Below are positions 12,635 through 25,168 of a stretch of 64,000 nucleotides of DNA, piece after piece (position 1 is the stretch's first letter; each line of letters starts with the position of its first letter). Origin of the DNA: Haliotis rubra (taxonomy: Eukaryota). The notes under the pieces were generated by a model. It saw nothing but the letters and a program-made list of their open reading frames with translations. It was not told the origin of the DNA and searched no databases. Position numbers and translations under genes: made by a program. The DNA lies in assembly GCF_003918875.1 (NCBI RefSeq), contig NW_025765736.1, positions 1,364,001 through 1,428,000 on the forward strand. The letters are read 5' to 3'.

Positions 12635-12960
12635 TCAATTTCCCCGTCTCATTGAGTGAAAAAACTCCATTAGTGTCAACACCTCACAACACTGTCTGTT
12701 GTAAACACCAGGATATATCACAGATCATTATGACGTCACACAGAGATCTCTGACGTAACGTCATTGTTCACTGTCACCCATCCAGTGATGGAAACTGTTT
12801 GTAATGGTCAGTCTGGTGAAGAACCCCTCTGGGCTGGACAAAACAGCTGATTGAGAATAATTGGCTGACAAGGTATCAAAAATTACACATGCTGTGTTTT
12901 GTTCCAAGTTAAGCCTGTTTGGACACATTTACAATGTGTGGATACTTTCACACGTGGACG
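12635..12960. promoter_or_regulatory. Conserved distal module B (CRE/Sox), unit 2
   Basis: TGACGTCA at 12731-12738, TGACGTAA, CATTGTT, CAGCTG; paralogs in units 3, 5 and 6. Confidence 0.65.
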
Positions 12961-13129
12961 AAACCGGGGTGAAGGTTGACAAGACTTGTTGTGGAATGTC
13001 TCAGAAATAGATATAACTGGATATTGTGGATTCTGGATTTACCTAGTTGAGTGAAAAGAACGATTTTTTTATGTTTACCCAACTCTGCATTAGCATCCGA
13101 CCATGTGCATTTTCCCACTCTTTGTAGAG

Positions 13130-13285
13130 AAGGTGGCGCCCCCTGTCGGAATAATTAGCGGTTTCTTAATGACCGTCAAATGACACTACCGACAGTGCCT
13201 TTCAGCGACTATTAATGGGACAACTGATTATAATTATCACACAATGCGGGTGATTATTTGACACGAAGTGTTATCATAATGTTAT
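13130..13285 (-). promoter_or_regulatory. Conserved module C with CTCF-like motif, unit 2
   Basis: Minus-strand CCGACAGGGGGCGCCA at 13134-13149, plus a conserved TAATT/TGACACTA/TGATTA block. Confidence 0.6.
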
Positions 13286-13375
13286 CTGTTATCATAATAG
13301 TATCTGTTATCATAATATATTTTATCATAATATTATCTTTTATCATAACATTATCTTTTATCATAATATTATCTT
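13268..13375. repeat. Minisatellite (TTATCATAAT-based)
   Basis: About six imperfect units expanded from the end of module C. Confidence 0.7.
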
Positions 13376-13773
13376 GGTGAAAGTGCCACCATACACCTGT
13401 TAGGGATAACGGTTCATAGCACCTCGCAGAATTGCCAGGAAAGGGGGGAATAACGGTTCCAAACGATTGACGGATTATTGTACTGTGGTTAACGTTAATA
13501 CCATGTCATTCAGATAATATACCGATTGAACTTGCAGACAATACAATGATTGTTGTCAAACGATGAAACCGCATCAAACCGTCAAACTGATGACCTGGTT
13601 GAACTCACTCGTGCATGGGGGTGAACTTTCGTTAGTGCACGATAATCTTAGGCTCAGTGCTGAATATAACAACCGGAGTTTGCCTGAGGCACGTGCCTTC
13701 AGTAATGACCCCTCAAATAATATCACAGCATTAATTTTGGACTATAGGTCACATTCCTTCATTACTCTTCAAT

Positions 13774-13875
13774 GTATCGCGATGTGACACTCCGCGTGGT
13801 CACGCTCCAGTACAGTCACGTGACATACGGGCACCTGCTGTGATTAGTGTCACAACATCGACTGTCCCAGTTCAA
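13774..13875. promoter_or_regulatory. Conserved distal module A (unit 2)
   Basis: Same motif string; GCACCTGC at 13831-13838. Confidence 0.7.
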
Positions 13876-14861
13876 GACGTGGAAGCACTGGCGGAGGTCG
13901 TTCACGTGGATTTTATATACTTTTTGTGTGTTTATTGTTTGTGTCTGTTCAGAAGGAGTTTGGACAGTGGTGTGCTTTAATGGCGATACTGGACATCAAG
14001 TCGACACCCAGGTATATAGAGAGTTTAAAACATGGAGTTTTCGCCTGCAACTGAAACCCAGCGGGTCTGTCCAACCTGTCTTACCTACTGATTCAGTAGA
14101 AACAGTTAAATTTAGATTTCTTTTGAAATTGAACATGTATTTTACATGGCGACCTTCGGTGGTCAATCGACTGCCTATCACACAAAACTGAATTATGGTA
14201 CAGACCAGTAAACCCGTGAAGATCAGGGTTAGAATTGGTCTTCAGCACATGTCATCGTATCCCAATTGCGTAGCGATTCTCATGCTGTTGACCACTGGAG
14301 TGTCTAGACCAGACTCGATTATTTACATATTGCTGGAATACTGCCGAGTGCGGCGTTAAACAACAACCAAACAGACCAGTAATCCCAGTTCACAATGGAT
14401 TACAGTCAACTTTTCAACAGTTACTGTGTAAGGTTTAACGGCGATGTGTCGGAGAATTCACTGTCGACCGTATGAGTGATTATTGGTGATGACACTTTAA
14501 CCATGACAGAAGCGTTAAAGTCAGTTATTTCAGATTAGGTCGAATGCTTCAAGTGTTGTTAGGGATGTCAGTCGATATGATTTGACTTTAGTTCGATGTC
14601 GTAGCTATCAAAAGGAAGATTTAAAGGAAGCTTATACTAAGTCTAAGTATAAATATACCTTTCCGATCAAGTGGAAGTTTTACCCCTTCAATAACGACGG
14701 AGGGAAAAGAAGAATAAAAAGCTAATGATATATTATGTAATAACTTGCGGTCATCAAATATCGACACTTCAATCCCCAAAACGTGGCAGATCTCAATTCC
14801 TGGAAACCTATTCTGATCAAGGTGTACACAAGTACATATATACCAGTACACCTTGATTAGA

Positions 14862-15023
14862 GTGAGTGAGTTTAGTTTTACGCCGCTTTTAGCAATATTC
14901 CAGCAATATCACGGCGGGGGACACCAGAAACGGGCTTCACACATTGTTCCCATATAGGGAATCGAACCTGGGTCTTCAGCCTGACGAGCGGACGCTTTAA
15001 CCATTAGGCTACCCAACCGCCCC
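14862..15023 (-). mobile_element. tRNA-derived SINE family 1
   Basis: Minus strand: box A TAGCCTAATGG, box B GGTTCGATTCC, tail GCGGCGTAAAACTAAACTCACTCAC. Confidence 0.85.
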
Positions 15024-15216
15024 CCTTCATTAGAACAGGTACATTGTTTGTGTAAACAATTACAACAATGGAACGTAGATGTTTATAAATTATATTTCTT
15101 TAATCAACAAACAATATATCACAGCCCATATATGAGAAGTGTCCTGAATATAAAGCACTATCATGACGTAATCACATGATACAAAATCACAACCATTGTT
15201 CCTAATAAAGTTCAGT

Positions 15217-15246
15217 CAGAGACCGTATACCGATATATGGTCTCTA
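15217..15246. mobile_element. TIR-only remnant (probable excision footprint) of the P-like element
   Basis: CAGAGACCGTATACCGATATATGGTCTCTA flanked by GTTCAGT/GTTCACT; absent from the paralogous copy-4 3' UTR. Confidence 0.7.
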
Positions 15247-15261
15247 GTTCACTGTAGTATT

Positions 15262-16524
15262 TTACCAGGGTCTCCATGGAACCTGTTGTTCTGTCTGAAT
15301 CTGCTGTGAGTAGGACCACGTGCTCTGGAGCCACGATCTAACTCTCGAGTCTTTGTCAACCATTTCTGTTGGCACTTTACAGAGCACTGAATCTGAAAAG
15401 CTGGATGAGGGATAGTGTCCAGTTCTGTGGGTGGACTGTTTGGTAATATCAGGAGAACCAGCATATCCACTGTCTGAGAAGCTGTTGTCCTCCTTCACAG
15501 GAGAAGTGGCCATATATGCATATGCAGTCGGATGTGAATGCTGGGTATTGTGGGAAGGTTCTGCACTCAGTCTCTCATAGCAATTTCTTGTGTTTGACGT
15601 CACAGCCTCTGTTGTCAAGGGCACCTGTTGAATATGTGTCATACATCGAGAGATGTGTTTTCTCAGCTGACGATGTACATTGTCCGACACTCCCGGCAGA
15701 GACTGGATGTAGGAGAAGATTTCTTCAGCACATTTGGGAGAAGCCATGTTGGAATCTGGCTTGAACTGCTTCTTTCACGTGTTGATGTGTTGTGTTGATC
15801 TTCCTGACATTCCTCAGATAATCTACAGTCGTCTCCAGAATCTCAGCCTTCTCCATCTTGTCATAGTTGGGGTCCTGGGAAAATAAGAGATCAATAAGTA
15901 ACCAAGGCATACAACATGAAATAGAAGAAATTTTTAAAAACTCGTAGAAAACGTGAGCTCCTGTTGTGAACATTGAATTATGATTAGATTAGTTTTAAAA
16001 ATCAAGAAATTAAAACATTGCATTGCTACGTGTACATTTAAAACATATACTAACAACTAACCATGTAAACTGTGTAATTTTATACAAAATAAAATGAGGT
16101 TTTTTTCATATTTTAAGCTGATGTACTTACGTTTCGTTGTCGAGCGCCACATACGATGCCTTTGATTTCTGTCAGACTTTGGTTGATTCTGGCTCGCCGC
16201 CGTTTTTCAGCCATTACTTTTCGACCCTGCAGAAAAACATATCAGAATGTAACAACAAATCGAAGGAATCACAATGAAAATTTCAGGTTACTGTTATGAA
16301 GTTGACAAAGCAGAGATTTTATGTTCTAAAACCGACTGGGACACAATCTATTCCCATGTTACCATGAATATTCAAATTAGCCACGTGTCTCAGATGTAAA
16401 CAGGTTCAGGTAGCGTACAGGTTGTTAACAATCTATTTAAAACTTATCATAGAAGACTGATGCTTACCTTTCTTCGGCCCATATATTCACTCTCTGATTC
16501 CAGGTTGTAAAAGTGAGATTCCAT
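15262..16524 (-). pseudogene. Hes: Hes copy 3, frameshifted (exons 16468-16524, 16131-16226, 15262-15874); pseudogene, truncated bHLH-only allele, or sequencing error
   Basis: Extra G at 15736-15738 (catttGGGagaag versus catttGGagaag in the other five copies) gives ...FQHGFSQMC* with the stop at 15725-15727. The downstream frame stays open to WRPW, and promoter and splice sites are intact. Confidence 0.85.
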
Positions 16525-16812
16525 GACTGAGGTGTGTTCAGCTCTGAGAGACAAGTTGGTGTGATGGAACGCTGCCTCCCCGACCCGCCTTTATACCCCC
16601 CGAACTTCCCCTACCCACGCTAATCTATGCACAGTTATGTTTTGACATCTGAATAGCCCGGCGCGATCCGATACACGCAGCCAATCAGCGCACGCCCAGT
16701 TGGCGTGGAGGCACGCGCCGGCTCGCGTTAAACTTCACCCGTAGACAGATGTTCATTTTTACTCCGCGTGACACGAGGAGTTACGTGGATGAGCACCCGG
16801 ACTGTCAACAAT
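16525..16812 (-). promoter_or_regulatory. Hes copy 3 proximal promoter
   Basis: Same block; GGCACGCGCC at 16710-16719; the segment carrying the Su(H)-like site is deleted. Confidence 0.75.
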
Positions 16813-18979
16813 CTGCCTGTCAACGATCTTGTATTTCATTGAGCTAAAGTTAATTTTACCTGTTTGAAGCGTGACACGGGCTATGTCGCATTCCGTCGCC
16901 TACCGTTACCTTGACCTGTAACCAACTGCAAGAGAATCATTAATGCACGGAGGACAGGTGCTTTTCACTTTGCTGCCGTGCATGGAACCACAATGCATAC
17001 ATGCATCCATCTGTCCGTCCGTAGGTCCTAATATCCACCAACATATCCACACACACGCAAGCGTAGAAATCATTTGAAACACTAAATGAAACAGTGTATT
17101 TATCGGTACAACTCCATTTATCAAGAATGTATATTATTTCTTTAAAAACTTCTTATCGTGACATCTTTTTTAAACAAAAATCTGTATAAGATCTCTGCCA
17201 TGAATCCCGCTAACACCCGGTGTCATTGTCAGCATTAAACGGTTACTGTTTATGCTTCAACGTTGACAACCTTCAGATAATGAAAGTGTTAATCCGTATT
17301 AATCCTCTGTAGCTGTCGCCATGAAGATGGGGTCGTCAGACACGTATTCATTATTTGGAAATCTAATTGTAATATTTTACATCGACTTGAAATTTGACAT
17401 GTACTTTGGGTAAAAGTCCTCTTTTGTGCGCAAAATTATCGTTTCAGTTGGGGAACATGATATCATTCGGGTTATCCTCAAACCACTGTGGCAGGGTTTG
17501 GCTATGGCTTTGACGCATCCCGCATTATAGATGAGATAAGTAGAGAGACAATTTTTTGTTTGGAAATCACTGACTTATATGATATATTTACAGCATTAAT
17601 GTTTCTCTAGATCTGTGTTGTGTCGATGAGATAAACATTTGTCAAATGAAACAGTGGTGAGGCAGGGCTGTTACTCACCTCCATGTCAATTTATGTAAGA
17701 GTGTCAGTTACTCACTCCGAGTTATTCATGTACACAGGCCACTACTTTTAATGTTTTACAAATCCCTTATGCCATTCTAAACTCAGACGTCGGGCCAGAC
17801 ATGGTTTGGATAGCGATTATGTGTCAATAATAATACTTATAATTACAGTCTGGTATGGCTATAAGTGTCAGAACACTTGGATAATGTGACTCTTTTCGTG
17901 TCCCCTTATTGAAGCAAATACATTGTTTAAATACGGACGTTAAGGTGCTGGGTTCCGCTCCACCCACCACTTATTTTCAAATTCAAAATTCATACAAAAA
18001 TAAAATATGCAATCCTAACACCCCCTTCAGGTTGCCCAATATTTCGCTCACCTCTCTTTGCATCAAGCACTGAATGGCCTGGACTAACGCTCAGTCTCTG
18101 AATGTATATAATTTTAATTGAAACAAATAACCCAATCTGAATTGAAACAGAGCTTGCCTGGCAGCTGGACTTGGGAGATTCAGAATCTGATGAAACCTAG
18201 ACTTGCTTCATTTAGGGCATTAGCATGGCAGAATGGGTTTCGCGGAATGGAAAATAATACGGCACAGGGACTACTGTAAGACTAAATCGCCTGGCGAGAG
18301 CGAGAGCGAAATAATGTCGGAAAGCGCAAGTAAAATCTCCAAATCATCATCATTATCATCATCATTGGTGCTAGGTGTCCTGTTTGCGAACAGAATTTTA
18401 ACTAGGGATGGAATACTGTTCCAGCATCTAACCTCAACATGAAAGCGATAATAATTGCATGCTTAAGAAAAATTCCATCTGCTTCTGGAGACGATAGTAT
18501 GGCTTCAATATAAACAAATCTTTGAAGTTAAGAATCAAAATGTAAAACTATAAATACTAATTATGTTTTTTTAGTTAATTACAATATTCTTTCATATTCA
18601 TAAGTGCATCCGTGTTTCTGATTTCACAATGACAGTTTTGCAAAATACATACTTCACATTTCTGATGACAATGAAGATTTCAAAGAGCTAAAACGGCTCC
18701 TACTGAAACTGGTTTCTTCAAGGCAACACCATTCAAGACCCTAATAAACATTTTAAACATTGGACATATGTCAATCAAAGGGTACTGACAGATTTGAAAG
18801 CGGTTTTAATTTAGTCTGTAATGAAAAAGAATTGATAAAAAAACTCTTTAATACAATTTGCCCTGGGTATGATAATACACTGCACTCGTTTTCGTTCGAT
18901 ATGATTTTTATGAACTCGAATATTTCCTCACTAGTTTCCTAAAATGGTTTCCCACGAGTGTGGTTGACGTATATCTTTC

Positions 18980-19255
18980 CGTGTCAACACTCTGTGTGTC
19001 ATAAACACGAGGGTATATCACAGATCATTATGACGTCACACAGAGATCTGTGACGTAACGTCATTGTTCACTGTCACCCATCCAGTGATGGAGACTGTTT
19101 GTAATGGTCAGTCTGGTAAAGAACCCCTCTGGGCTGGACAAAACAGCTGATTGAGAATAATTGGCTGACAAGGTATCAAAAATTACACATGCTGTGTTTA
19201 TTCCAAGTTAAGCCTGTTTGGACACATTTACAAGATGGGGACCCTCCCACACGTA
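18980..19255. promoter_or_regulatory. Conserved distal module B, unit 3
   Basis: Near-identical to 12675-12950; TTCCCACG at 18949-18956 adjacent. Confidence 0.65.
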
Positions 19256-20080
19256 CAGAACAGTTGTGAAAGTTAGTTGTGGCCTTTGACCACATATGTA
19301 GGCTGGAATTTACCGTGTGAAAATGGACTCATACTTGAAACTGGGGAAGGTACAGAAAACATTATAAGACGTTTTGCAGATGATAGTCAATACATATAAT
19401 GATCTGACAATAAAAATGCTATCAAACAGGATTAAATCTCGTAATCCAAAACAGAATTTATAAAGAATGATTATGGAGTCAAGTTAGTTCAATTGTAAAA
19501 GCAGTTATGAATTTTTCTCTGACACGACTGGTCATTTAGTTAGCATATCAGCGAAGTACTTTGAAGGGTTACTCTGGTGATAAGCTTTTGTCGAGGAAAC
19601 CATTAGAACCAGTACACGTCTTTTATGTTGCCAATAAACAACTGTTGTCATAGCAACAAAACAATAATTAAACTATAATTAAAATAATTAAAACAATAAT
19701 TAAACTTTAAGCAATAATTAAACTATAATTAAAACAATAACTAAACTTTTGTCGAGGAAACCATTAGAACCAGTACACGTCTTTTAGGTTGCCAATAAAC
19801 TGTTGTCATAGCAACAAAATACAAACAAGAAAATACGTACTCATTTATTTACCCTATATTTACATTATAATTGATGACATTGATTGACATCTCCCTCACT
19901 TCCACTACCAGGTTTACACAGTTTGCGAAATAGATATGTCTAAAACATACTGATTTTAGAAAGACTAATTATGTTTACCCTGTCTCTGCACTAACAAGAA
20001 CATAACCATGGCCCAGCTCATTACTTGCGTTGTGATACCTTTGCGATCTGTCGACTGGAGAACATAAAAAGGAATATACA

Positions 20081-20214
20081 TATACTGGACAAAAATATTT
20101 AGGGATATATGTAAATTTTGAAATTATGAATAATGATGTATTTATTCATTGGCACATTTGATAAAATATCAATCATAAAAATACCAATATCCCTAACTTG
20201 TTTTGTCCAGTATA
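20081..20214. mobile_element. TA-flanked MITE
   Basis: TATACTGGACAAAA...AGGGATAT / ATATCCCT...TTTTGTCCAGTATA inverted ends. Confidence 0.65.
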
Positions 20215-20736
20215 GTATACACATATCTCAGTGAGTCATGTTTAAGTAGGTTTAATAATGTATGATCAATATGAATCAATAATGTTATGATTCAGTACGG
20301 TTTATCACATTAAATATGATTTAATAAGTTCAGTATCATCAATATGAATCAATATAATTCAAACCGCAAATATGATCCAATAATGTTCAATTTGGTCAAT
20401 ATAATAGAATCAAGTCTAACTGCATGCTGTACCAATTTTTTAGATTCGATGTCTAGGTTTTTATCTTGTTACATTAACCTCACTGAGAAAGTGAATAATT
20501 CAAAATGATATGATGATGATGATGCTGATGATGATGATGATGATTTAGTGTTTAACGTTGGCTTCTGGCTGTAGCCAATGTCGCCGACGGGGTATGTGGG
20601 AGCTAATGTAATAATTAATATGTTTATAATAAGGAATAAACCACCATACCCACAAAAATGTAAATGAAGTGGCGTTAACGTACCAGAATTTGGAATAGAA
20701 ACGTTTACAAAATGAGAAACCTAACGCACCTAATAA

Positions 20737-21180
20737 ATACCAAATTGACGGACAAATTGACAGCGTGAACACTAGATACAATTCGAAATGGCTCACTCGC
20801 ATATTGCCACCTGTCGAATACAGTGTTTCACACGATGTCCAGTCAGTTTGGTGAATAACTTCGTGACACTGACACCGTGTTGAAAACAATCGGTTTTTTT
20901 TTGTCACGTGTAATAACTGATTGTCCAGTCAACGCTCCGGACGTTGCAGGAACCATCTGCTGGGCACTGCGACCTTGTGCATCGGAATGCGACCACGTGC
21001 AGGTCCCCGCTGCTTGAAGAAAAGGTGGCGCCCCCTATCGGAATAATTAACGGTTTCCTTATGACCCGCAACTGACACTAACGACTTGGCCTTTCAGCAA
21101 CTACTTATGGGACAACTGATTGTAATTATCAGACAGTGCAGGTGATTATTTGACACCAAACTGTTATCATAATAATGTCA
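20737..21180 (-). promoter_or_regulatory. Conserved module C (extended), unit 3
   Basis: Minus-strand CCGATAGGGGGCGCCA at 21026-21041; the whole ~440 bp is an inverted copy of 27390-27820. Confidence 0.6.
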
Positions 21181-21483
21181 CATAAAGATGCAGCTCACAA
21201 CGAAGCATAGACAGTGGTATTGATGGTTGAGAAAGACTAACTTCTTACAAAAATGTATATTTACAATGGTCTCTTTGAACATTGGATTTAGGGTTAACCC
21301 ATTTTAATCTGTTTCTTGTGTAGCATGTGTTATACATTTACCTTAACTTTTCTGCTACTTAGATTGCATTTACCCATTTTGTTTACCCTTTTCATAGGAC
21401 ATTGATTCATCTCAAAGATATACATATTTCTTATCCAAACCGTAACTTTTCAATCATATATATTTATTTATCTATGTAGCCCC

Positions 21484-21728
21484 GACCCGTGAAGATCCGG
21501 GTTAGAATATTGATTTTCAGTAACCTATGCATGTCGTAAGAGGCGACTAACGGGATCGGGTGGTCAGGCTCGCTGACTTGGTTGACACGTCATCTGTTCC
21601 AAATTGCGCAGATCGATGCTCCTGCTGTTGATCACTGGATTGTCTGGTCCAGATCCGATTATTTACAGACCGCCGCCATATAGCTGGAATATTGCTGAGT
21701 GCGGCGTAAAACTCAACTCACTCACGCA
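21484..21728 (+). mobile_element. SINE family 2
   Basis: GACCCGTGAAGATCCGGG...GTCGTAAGAGGCGACTAA... with the same 3' tail as family 1; TSD CTATGTAGCCCC. Confidence 0.85.
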
Positions 21729-22324
21729 CTATGTAGCCCCGACCGTAGTATCACCATGACAATCTTTATAACAAAAACTAGCTATTTTAATCAATATGTT
21801 TACATTTTGTTGATTTTGTTTATTACCTATTGTTCCATTAAAATATCAAGACAAACATCCTCAATAGAATCTTAACTTGATGCAAGAGTTGGGTTGGATT
21901 CCTTGTTTCAATTTATTCACCAGGGTCTGGGGGATAGTAGTTAGTCATACAGACCCTGAAACAAATACATCCAAGAAAACCCATGGAAGTCTAGATTTCC
22001 GCAGTTTCAGGAATTGAAGAAAGACTTTGGGCTTTTTCTGTTATATTTCATGATTATTTCATATGAACAGTTTATATTAGCCATTTTCATTTCAGAGGCT
22101 ATAAGTTAGTCTAGAGACATAGATGAGGGATCAAATACGACAGACCTGATTTATCAGCGAATCAATCACAGTCTGGAGACTGTTTGCTTTCAAAAGCTGT
22201 CAATGTAAAGTACTTATATGCAGGCGACATTCGTGGGAAATGCCCAAGGAACCGACCTTCTGTACAAGTTTTAACATCCCAATGATAATTCCCAACATTC
22301 CCCCACTCCCCTCCTTAATGTACA

Positions 22325-22425
22325 GCGATGTGACACTTCGCGTTGTCACGCTCGGGTACGGTCACGTGACATACGGGCACCTGCCGTGATTAGTGTCACA
22401 ACTTCGACTGTCCCAGTTCGAGGCT
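22325..22425. promoter_or_regulatory. Conserved distal module A (unit 3)
   Basis: Same motif string; GCACCTGC at 22377-22384; CGTGGGAA at 22232-22239 nearby. Confidence 0.7.
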
Positions 22426-23470
22426 TGGAGACGCTGTGTGGAGGTCGTTCATGACTACCCTGTGTGGATTATATATACTTTCATGTGTGTTTTCATTGTT
22501 TTTGTACATTCAGATGGAGTTTGGACTGAATTGTGTCTTATTGGAAATACTTAATTGGATTACACCCCACGACCCAGACATGAAAAGCGATGCAATCTTT
22601 TATAAAATGTTTCAAACATGGAGAAGTGTGGCAGCAGACATCTGCAAAGCAGCCGGACTGGATTTCATAAACCAATTTGATTTAATTCTTTAATGTTTAA
22701 TTTCTGGTGAACGAATTAATACAATATTGGGTGCTTTGTCAACGTTCCGTGTCCGCTTCGAAATGGCACATATACACGACCATGTCATATTACATGTAGT
22801 TTATTCGCCAACGATACGTTGCCAGTCAACAAAACGATATTTTATTTTTATCGATGGATGGCCATGTTTTGTGGAAGCAAATGGTCAATTGCGTACCTCA
22901 ATGGATACCGTCATGCCCGACCGTTCATTACACCAAATATATCACTGTTTGATATTGGCTGATATGTTCATGAACGGCGTGAATCTCTGGGTTTATTGCA
23001 TTGCATCTGTTAAAATGGAGCGTTTCATTACCACAACGATCAATATGCCGACTCATTGAGCATCTTTGATGACGTCACATTGAAGAAGAAATTATAGGAT
23101 ATTTATATACCGCACATATCCACGCAACTAGTACATGCTCAAGACGCTGATTTTTTTCCCCTCGATCACTGGATGTCTATCTCAACGGCACATCGTATTA
23201 TCAATCTCAACTCCCTGGGGACCATACAAATGAAATACGTCTCAAGTATAGACATTAGTATTTTCATCAGGTGTGTTGTATATGTTGTACAGATACCCCA
23301 GTGACCCTTAAAAATATTTCAACGAACAAAATAACTAAATAATGTTTATTTTATCAACAAATGTATGTTATCACAGTCAGTATCATATATGAAATGTCCA
23401 ATAAACAAAGCACTATTATTACGTATACAAAATCACAACCATTGGTCCTAATAAAGTTCACTGTAGTATT

Positions 23471-24646
23471 TTACCAGGGTCTCCATGGAACCTGTTGTTC
23501 TGTCTGAATCTGCTGTGAGTAGGACCACGTGCTCTGGAGCCACGATCTAACTCTCGAGTTTTTGTCAACCATTTCTGTTGGTACCTTACTGAGCACTGAA
23601 TCGGAAAAGCTGGATGAGGGATAGTGTCCAGTTCTGTGGGTGGGCTGTTTGGTAATATCAGGAGAACCAGCATATCCACTGTCCGAGAAACTGTTGTCTT
23701 CCTTCACAGGAGAAGTGCCCATGTACGCATGTGCAGCCGGATGTGGATACTGGGAAGTGTAGGAAGGTACCGAATGTAATCTATCTTCCATTGGTGACGT
23801 CACGGGTACCTGCTGAATATGTGTCATATGTCGAGAGATGTGTTTTCTCAGCTGACGATGTACATTGTCTGACACTCCCGGCAGAGACTGGATGTAGGAG
23901 AGGATTTCTTCAGCACATTTGGAGAAGCCATGTTGGAATCTGGCTTGAACTGCTTCTTTCACGTGTTGATGTGTTGTGTTGATCTTCCTGACATTCCTCA
24001 GATAATCTACAGTCGTCTCCAGAATCTCAGCCTTCTCCATTTTCTCAAAGTTGGGGTCCTGGGAAAATAAGAGATCAATAAGTAACTAAGGCATACAACA
24101 TGAAATAGAAGAAATGTTTAAAAACTCGTAGAGTTCCTGTTGTGAACATTGAATTAAAATTAAATGTAATTATTATTTCCTTAAGATTTATACAGCTAAA
24201 ACGCTAGAATTCCAGTTAGTGAAACATTGGCTAGCTACTTACATTTTGTTGATGTCCCGCACATACGATGCCTTTGATTTCTGACAGACTCTGGTTGATT
24301 CTGGCTCGTCGCCGTTTTTCAGCCATTAGTTTTCGACCCTGGAGGAAAAAAACACCAAAAATATAATATCATGTTTTCAGGTTTGCATACAATATTTCGG
24401 AGTATTTCGGGCATTGTGTATTCAATATTTCAGAGTATGAAAATGCATGTTATGAAAAAACTCCCGTTGAAAGTTTTGAAAAATGATGTAAATTCAAGGA
24501 ATATGCAACGAACCGCGTGTTTCAGTTGTAAACAAGCACAGTTCAGCTTCAGCATATGATATTTTTCATAACAGTAAACAAGTGCTTACCTTTCTTCGGC
24601 CCATATATTCACTCTCTGATTCCATGTTGTGAAAGTGAGATTCCAT
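23471..24646 (-). CDS. Hes: Hes family bHLH-Orange repressor, copy 4 (~246 aa; exons 24590-24646, 24243-24338, 23471-24058)
   Basis: MESHFHNMESESEYMGRRK | GRKLMAEKRRRARINQSLSEIKGIVCAGHQQN | DPNFEKMEKAEILE...WRPW*. Confidence 0.95.
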
Positions 24647-24970
24647 GACTGAGGTGTGTTCAGCTCTGAGAGACAAGTTGGTGTGATGGAACGCTGCCTC
24701 TCCGACCCGCTTTTTATACCCCCCGACATTCCCCTACCCACGCTAATCTAGGCACAGTTATGTTTTGACATCTGAATAGCCCGGCGCGATCCGATACACG
24801 CAGCCAATCAGCGCACGCCTTGGTAAGTGGTGGCACGCGCCGACTCGCGTTAAACTTTACCCGTAGACAGATGTTCTTCTCATGACCCGACAGGGATGAT
24901 ACTCTTCAGGAGCAGAGGCCATCTTGCTTAGCGTGACACGAGGAGTTACGTGGACGAGCATCCGGCCTGT
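24647..24970 (-). promoter_or_regulatory. Hes copy 4 proximal promoter
   Basis: Same block; TGGCACGCGCC at 24831-24841; interrupted distally by a MITE. Confidence 0.8.
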
Positions 24971-25168
24971 TAGACTAATGCTTAGTCTCTGAATATATAT
25001 AATTTTGATAGTAACAAACAAGTCCATTTAAATTGAAAAGGATCCCTAGGGAGTCCAGAGATTCCTGAACCTGAGGAAATCTAGACTTGCTTTATTTAGG
25101 GCTTGAGCACTGCAGAGAGGCTTGGCAGTAGGGAAAATAATGTAGTTCAGGGACTGTGAGACAGGCTA
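24971..25168. mobile_element. MITE family 1 (TAG...CTA, 9-bp TSD) inserted in the Hes copy 4 promoter
   Basis: TSD CCGGCCTGT at 24962-24970 and 25169-25177; empty site visible in the other promoters. Other copies at ~112-304, 18080-18285, 26895-27081, 32835-32987, 41350-41488 and 45315-45425. Confidence 0.85.

Noticed and set aside
13268-13375. CRISPR-like array
   Set aside because: Eukaryotic minisatellite with no unique spacers and no cas genes.
15150-15212. Brd-box and GY-box sites in Hes 3' UTRs
   Set aside because: Only mismatched versions were found (TGCTTTA, AACTTTA, and CTCTTCC right at the copy 1 stop); not enough to claim.
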